Shown here: positions 59,147 to 64,000 of the stretch, piece by piece | Numbering within the stretch: the first letter of the stretch is position 1 | How the letters are laid out: every line of letters starts with the position of its first letter | Origin: Myxococcales bacterium | GTDB lineage: Bacteria > Desulfobacterota > Binatia > HRBIN30 | DNA: 64,000 nucleotides | Assembly (NCBI GenBank): GCA_037445065.1 | Contig: JBBILD010000013.1 | Coordinates: 34,992 to 98,991 of the forward strand | Reading direction: 5' to 3' | The notes under the pieces: generated by a model | Told to the model about the DNA's origin: nothing | Seen by the model: only the letters and a program-made list of their open reading frames with translations | Database searches by the model: none | Position numbers and translations under genes: made by a program

Positions 59147-61492
59147 GTGTCGAAGTTGTTTGACAGTCCTGCCCATCCGATTGACCTCGGACGAGCAGTC
59201 GAGGAACGCTACCTCGCCTATGCGCTGAGCGTGATTACCTCGCGCGCCCTGCCGGATGTGCGCGACGGGCTCAAACCCGTGCAGCGGCGGATTCTGTACG
59301 CCATGTATCAAAACCTGCGCTTGAGCGCTGGGGCGCGGCCGCGCAAGTCGGCAGCCGTCGTGGGTGAGGTGCTGGGGAAATACCACCCGCACGGCGATCA
59401 GGCGGCTTACGAAGCCATGGTGCGCTTGGCGCAGCCGTTTGCGATGCGCTACCCGCTCGTGCACGGCCAGGGCAACTTCGGCTCTCTCGACGGCGATGGC
59501 GCCGCCGCCATGCGCTACACCGAGGCCAAGCTTGCACCCATTGCGGAAGAACTGTTGCGCGACGTGCGCGAAGACACCGTGGACTTCCGCGACAACTACG
59601 ACTCCACGGTGCGCGAACCGGTAGTGCTCCCTGCGGCGGTCCCGCAACTGCTCATCAACGGCAGCACCGGGATCGCTGTAGGGATGGCCACCAACATCCC
59701 ACCGCACAACCTGCGCGAGGTGGTAGAGGCTCTCGTGGCGCTCATTCGCAACCGCTCACTGCAAAGCAAAGATCTCTGCCGCTGGATCAAGGGGCCGGAC
59801 TTTCCCACTGGAGGAGAGATTCTCAATTCGCGCGCCGAGCTGCGTGAGCTGTACGAGAACGGCCAAGGGGCGATCCGACTGCGCGCCCAGTTCACGACCG
59901 AGAGCAGTGGGCGGCGCCAGCGGGTGGTGATCACCTCGGTGCCGTACGCGACGAACAAAGCGAAAATCGTCGAGCAAATCGCCGAACACATCGGCAGCCG
60001 CAAACTGCCCCTGGCGACCGACGTGCGCGACGAGTCCACCGATCAGGTCCGCATCGTGGTCGAACTCAAGTCCGACGCCTCACCCGAAGCGGTGATGGCG
60101 TACCTGTTCAAACACACCGATCTGCAAATCACCTATTACGCCAACTTCACTGCGTTGGTGCCGACCGCCACCCCGGGCGTGGGCGAGCCGCGGCGGCTGA
60201 ACCTCAAAGAGCTTTGCCAATATTTTCTCGACTTCCGCTTTGTGGTGGTCACCCGCCGGCTCGAGCACGAATTGCGGCAACTCGAAGCACGCCTACACAT
60301 CTTGGCAGGCTTCCTCAAACTCTTCGGCAACCTCGATCGCGCCCTCAAGATCATCCGCAGCGCCGAATCACGCGAACAGGCGCAGCGGGCGCTCATGCGC
60401 GAGTTCGAACTGGACGCGGAGCAAGCCGACGCGATCTTGGATACCCGCCTCTACCAATTGGCGCGCCTGGAAATGGACAAGATCCGCGCCGAGCAGCGGG
60501 AAAAAGCCAAGCGAGCCAGCGAGATTCGCCGCCTGCTCCGCAACGAGCAAGCGCGCTGGGAGTTGGTGGAGGAAGAACTGCGTGCGGTGGCCGAGAAGTA
60601 CGGTGACGCGCGGCGCACCCAACTGCGGGCGGGAGCCGAATTGGTCTACGACGCCCAAGCGTATGTCGTGCACGAAGACACGGTGATCGTGATCACGCGC
60701 GACGGCTGGATGAAACGGCTCGGCGAACTCAAAGACCCCTCGACCACTCGCGTGCGCGAGGGCGACGCCGTGCAATGGGTGCTGCGCGGCAACACCCGCC
60801 AGCATCTGCTCTTGTTCTCGAACCTGGGCACGCTCTACGTCCTGCCCGCGCTCGAAGTCCCTGCCACCACGGGATACGGGGAGCCGGTGCAGAGCGTGCT
60901 CAACTTCCGCGATGGCGAGCGCATCGTCGCCGCACACTTGGTGGAGCCGCCGTCCTCGGACGCCACCCCGCAATGGCCGCGCTGGCTGTTTGCGACCCGG
61001 CAGGGTTTGGGGGCGTTTGTCCGCCCCGAGCTTACGGAAACGACCAAGAATGGCCGCCGCTACGCGCGCGTGCGCGAGGGAGACGAAGTTGCCGCAGTGA
61101 GTCCTGGCATGGGGGACACCGTGACCGCGGCCTCGGCTGCGGGCTTTGTACTGTCGTTCGCGGCCGAGGAGGTGCCCGAACTTTCCGGCGCTGGGCGCGG
61201 GGTTTGGCTGCTGCGGGTGCGGCCGGAAGACCAGCTCGTGGGTGCGGTCTGCCACCCGCGTAGCGAACCGCCGATTGCCGTGGATCAGGCCGGCGAGGAG
61301 CGGCGCTTGCAAACCCCGGAACTGGCTCATCGCGGCCTCAAGGGGCGCCGTACCTTGCAGCGCTTCAAACCTGTGGCCTTGCGCAGCCGAACGGGAGCCA
61401 CTGCGGCGAACAAAGCCAACGGCGGGCCGGGGCCGCACGCTGCGGGGAACGGGGCAAAACCGCTCCTCGGCGAACCAGAATCGGAAGCATGA
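59147..61492 (+). CDS. parC: Type IIA topoisomerase A subunit, most likely topoisomerase IV ParC
   Basis: [36 protein letters not shown]; shortened, degenerate CTD with no canonical QxRGGxG GyrA-box after the core. Confidence 0.85.
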   Translation: MSKLFDSPAHPIDLGRAVEERYLAYALSVITSRALPDVRDGLKPVQRRILYAMYQNLRLSAGARPRKSAAVVGEVLGKYHPHGDQAAYEAMVRLAQPFAMRYPLVHGQGNFGSLDGDGAAAMRYTEAKLAPIAEELLRDVREDTVDFRDNYDSTVREPVVLPAAVPQLLINGSTGIAVGMATNIPPHNLREVVEALVALIRNRSLQSKDLCRWIKGPDFPTGGEILNSRAELRELYENGQGAIRLRAQFTTESSGRRQRVVITSVPYATNKAKIVEQIAEHIGSRKLPLATDVRDESTDQVRIVVELKSDASPEAVMAYLFKHTDLQITYYANFTALVPTATPGVGEPRRLNLKELCQYFLDFRFVVVTRRLEHELRQLEARLHILAGFLKLFGNLDRALKIIRSAESREQAQRALMREFELDAEQADAILDTRLYQLARLEMDKIRAEQREKAKRASEIRRLLRNEQARWELVEEELRAVAEKYGDARRTQLRAGAELVYDAQAYVVHEDTVIVITRDGWMKRLGELKDPSTTRVREGDAVQWVLRGNTRQHLLLFSNLGTLYVLPALEVPATTGYGEPVQSVLNFRDGERIVAAHLVEPPSSDATPQWPRWLFATRQGLGAFVRPELTETTKNGRRYARVREGDEVAAVSPGMGDTVTAASAAGFVLSFAAEEVPELSGAGRGVWLLRVRPEDQLVGAVCHPRSEPPIAVDQAGEERRLQTPELAHRGLKGRRTLQRFKPVALRSRTGATAANKANGGPGPHAAGNGAKPLLGEPESEA

Positions 61493-63390
61493 CACGCAAG
61501 TACACGGCCAAAGACATCACCGTTCTCGAAGGGCTCGAGCCGGTACGCAAGCGCCCGGGCATGTACATTGGCGGGGTGGACCGCACTGGCTTGCACCACC
61601 TGCTGTGGGAGATCCTCGACAATGCAGTGGACGAAGCCATGAACGGCCACTGCGACCGCATTACCGTCACCCTGCATGCCGATGGAAGCACGGTCACGGT
61701 CACCGACAACGGCCGTGGCATTCCGGTGGACATTCACCCGAAATACCACCGGCCCGCGCTCGAGCTGATCCTCACCACGCTGCACGCGGGCGGCAAGTTC
61801 GAAAACCAAAACTACTATCACTCCGGCGGCCTGCACGGCGTCGGAGCGTCGGTCGTCACCGCCTTGTCCAGCTCGCTCATCGCACGGGTCAAGCGCGATG
61901 GCGTTCAGTGGGAGCAGCGCTTTGCGCGCGGCCTGCCCACCACCAAACTCAAGCAGCTCGGCCCCGCCCGCGGCACCGGTACCTCGATTACCTTCACGCC
62001 CGACCCGGAGATCTTTCCCGATACCCGCTTCGATCCGCAGTGGATCCGCGAGCGCCTGGAGGCGCGCTCCTTCTTGCACCGCGGCCTCACGATCCTGTTC
62101 GAGAATCAGGTGGACAACACCACCGAAACCTTCGTGCACGAGCGCGGCATCGCCGAGTACCTGGAAAAATTGGTGGCGCAAAGCGGCGCCGAGCCGGTGG
62201 GCGAGCCGCTTTCCTTCGAACGCAAGAACAATGGCTTGATCGTCGAGTGTGCGTTCGCTTGGACCACCGCCACTCAGGAGCGCCTCCAATCCTACGTGAA
62301 CGGGATTCCCACACCGGCCGGCGGTACGCACGAGAACGGCTTCAAGGCAGGCCTCGCCAAGGCCCTGCGCAATTACCTCACGGTGCAAAACCTATTGCCC
62401 AAGGGTGCGTCCGTGGTCGCCGAGGACACGCGCGAGGGTCTGGTTGCCCTGCTCAGCGTGTATTTGCAGCAGCCTCAGTTTCAAGGGCAAACCAAGGACC
62501 GCCTCAACAACCCGGAAGTCACCGCCCCAATTGACCAGTTTGTGCGCACCACGCTGGAAAACTACCTCTTGCAGAACCCCACGCAGGCGCGCGCCATTGC
62601 GCAGCGCGTGTTGCTCGCTGCGCGGGCCCGCCTGGCTTCGCGCGCGGCCGCAGAGGGCGTGCAACGCAAAACCTCCGTATCGCACCGGCTGAACTTGCCC
62701 GGCAAGCTTGCCGACTGCAGTTCCACCGACCCCACCCTGTGCGAGCTGTTCATCGTCGAGGGAGACTCCGCTGGCGGCTCGGCCAAACAAGCACGCGACC
62801 GCCAGTTCCAAGCGATCCTGCCGCTCAGGGGAAAAGTGCTCAACGCCGAGCAGGCTTCGACCAGCAAAGTGCTGTCGAACAAGGAACTGAACGACATCAT
62901 CTCGGCGCTCGGTTGTGGCGCCGGCAAGGACTTCGACATTTCCAAGCTGCGCTACCACAAAGTGTGCTTGCTGATGGACGCCGACTCCGACGGCCATCAC
63001 ATTTGCACCCTGCTCCTGACCTTTTTCTACCGCCAACTCCCCGAGCTCATTCGCCGCGGCCACGCCTTCATTGCCCAACCGCCACTGTACAAGGTGGAGA
63101 TCGGGAAGGAAGTCCACTGGGCCTACACGGATGAAGAGAAGGAGGCGCTGGTCGCCAAGGCTAACGGCAAGCCCGTGCTGGTGCAGCGCTTCAAAGGGCT
63201 CGGCGAAATGGACCCGCCGACGCTCAAAGAGACCACCCTCGACCCCAAGCGCAGAGTCCTCCTGCGCGTGGAAATTGCCGACGAGCAGCGCACCGAGGGA
63301 ACCATCCAAGCCCTGCTCGGACGCGAAGTGGAACCCCGCTTCCGCTTCATCATGGAACGCGCCCGCCAGGTAGAAGACCTGGACGTGTAG
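61489..63390 (+). CDS. parE: Type IIA topoisomerase B subunit, most likely topoisomerase IV ParE
   Basis: [52 protein letters not shown]; 633 aa. Confidence 0.87.
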   Translation: MTRKYTAKDITVLEGLEPVRKRPGMYIGGVDRTGLHHLLWEILDNAVDEAMNGHCDRITVTLHADGSTVTVTDNGRGIPVDIHPKYHRPALELILTTLHAGGKFENQNYYHSGGLHGVGASVVTALSSSLIARVKRDGVQWEQRFARGLPTTKLKQLGPARGTGTSITFTPDPEIFPDTRFDPQWIRERLEARSFLHRGLTILFENQVDNTTETFVHERGIAEYLEKLVAQSGAEPVGEPLSFERKNNGLIVECAFAWTTATQERLQSYVNGIPTPAGGTHENGFKAGLAKALRNYLTVQNLLPKGASVVAEDTREGLVALLSVYLQQPQFQGQTKDRLNNPEVTAPIDQFVRTTLENYLLQNPTQARAIAQRVLLAARARLASRAAAEGVQRKTSVSHRLNLPGKLADCSSTDPTLCELFIVEGDSAGGSAKQARDRQFQAILPLRGKVLNAEQASTSKVLSNKELNDIISALGCGAGKDFDISKLRYHKVCLLMDADSDGHHICTLLLTFFYRQLPELIRRGHAFIAQPPLYKVEIGKEVHWAYTDEEKEALVAKANGKPVLVQRFKGLGEMDPPTLKETTLDPKRRVLLRVEIADEQRTEGTIQALLGREVEPRFRFIMERARQVEDLDV

Positions 63391-63399
63391 CCGCCCGCG

Positions 63400-63920
63400 G
63401 CCCGAACGGCGAGCGGTGAGCGGTGGGGCGGGCGAATGGCGAATCGCGAATGGCGAATGGCGCTACCGCACCCTCGTTCCGTGGACACCCACATTGTGAC
63501 GCACGTTCCGTGGACACCCACATTGTGGTGCTGGCCCGCGCCACGCCGCCGAGACCGGTGCCCCCTACGGGCTGTAGGGGCGGCCCTTGTGAAAGCGAGC
63601 AGTGAGCGGTGACCGGCGAGCGGTGGGGCGGGCGAATGGCGCATCGTGAATGGCGAATGGGCGTGGCGCCGGTACGTTGTTTCGATCGTGGATGTAGGCA
63701 CCTTCCGTGGACACCCACGTTGTGGTGGGCCCCGCCGGTCCGGGCACCGCGCGTCCCAACGCGTGTGCTGGGGCGGCCCTTGTGGCCGCCCGTGGTGTGA
63801 TTCGGCATCCGTGATCCGATCGGGGGCGCCGCACCCACAACCTGGTGCGACGGCTGCCCCACGATGCGGCATGCCGTCGGATTCCGAACACGGGCAGGCA
63901 CAAGGCCTGCCCCTAGAACC
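63400..63920. repeat. Composite REP/BIME-like repeat cluster 4 (inverted homolog of cluster 1)
   Basis: Palindromes at 63574-63591, 63768-63791, 63892-63916; exact 24-nt direct repeat at 63475-63498 and 63504-63527; GCGAATG repeats. Confidence 0.85.
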
Positions 63921-64000
63921 ATTCGGGGCTTTGGTTTTCCATGGCCCGTGCCTCCGAAAACGACACCGACCTTTGAACAAACGCGCGAGGGGTGGGGGCC

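Overview
High-GC bacterial chromosomal segment, diderm and deltaproteobacteria-like (possibly Binatia; this is an inference from gene style, not a search). It is densely coding, with about 50 supportable CDS. Housekeeping genes: mdh, sucC without an adjacent sucD, argJ, an unusually long secA, murI, polX, and a parC-parE-type topoisomerase pair. Also present: a copper-efflux operon (Cys-rich leader ORF, cusCBA, copA), an Mla/Pqi-like ABC system followed by an M16 peptidase pair and a TMTC-like glycosyltransferase, two histidine kinases, a sigma54 regulator, and many oxidoreductases and hydrolases. I found no rRNA, tRNA, CRISPR array or transposase. The most notable items are: (1) a tightly coupled operon of two paralogous ferritin-like diiron proteins plus a LysW/rubredoxin-like Cys4 protein, behind a palindromic operator; (2) a putative ribosome-stalling copper switch, in which the last codons of the leader ORF form a 9-nt anti-Shine-Dalgarno for cusC; (3) a free-standing, degenerate intein-like Hint protein after polX; (4) four composite repeat clusters built from heterodimeric GTAG-REP doublets plus two other motif families; (5) a ~267-aa helical segment in the SecA variable region; (6) a cytochrome b562-like protein in a GMC dehydrogenase operon; (7) a metal-binding-domain-like insert inside CusA. 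All functional calls come from motif recognition by eye.
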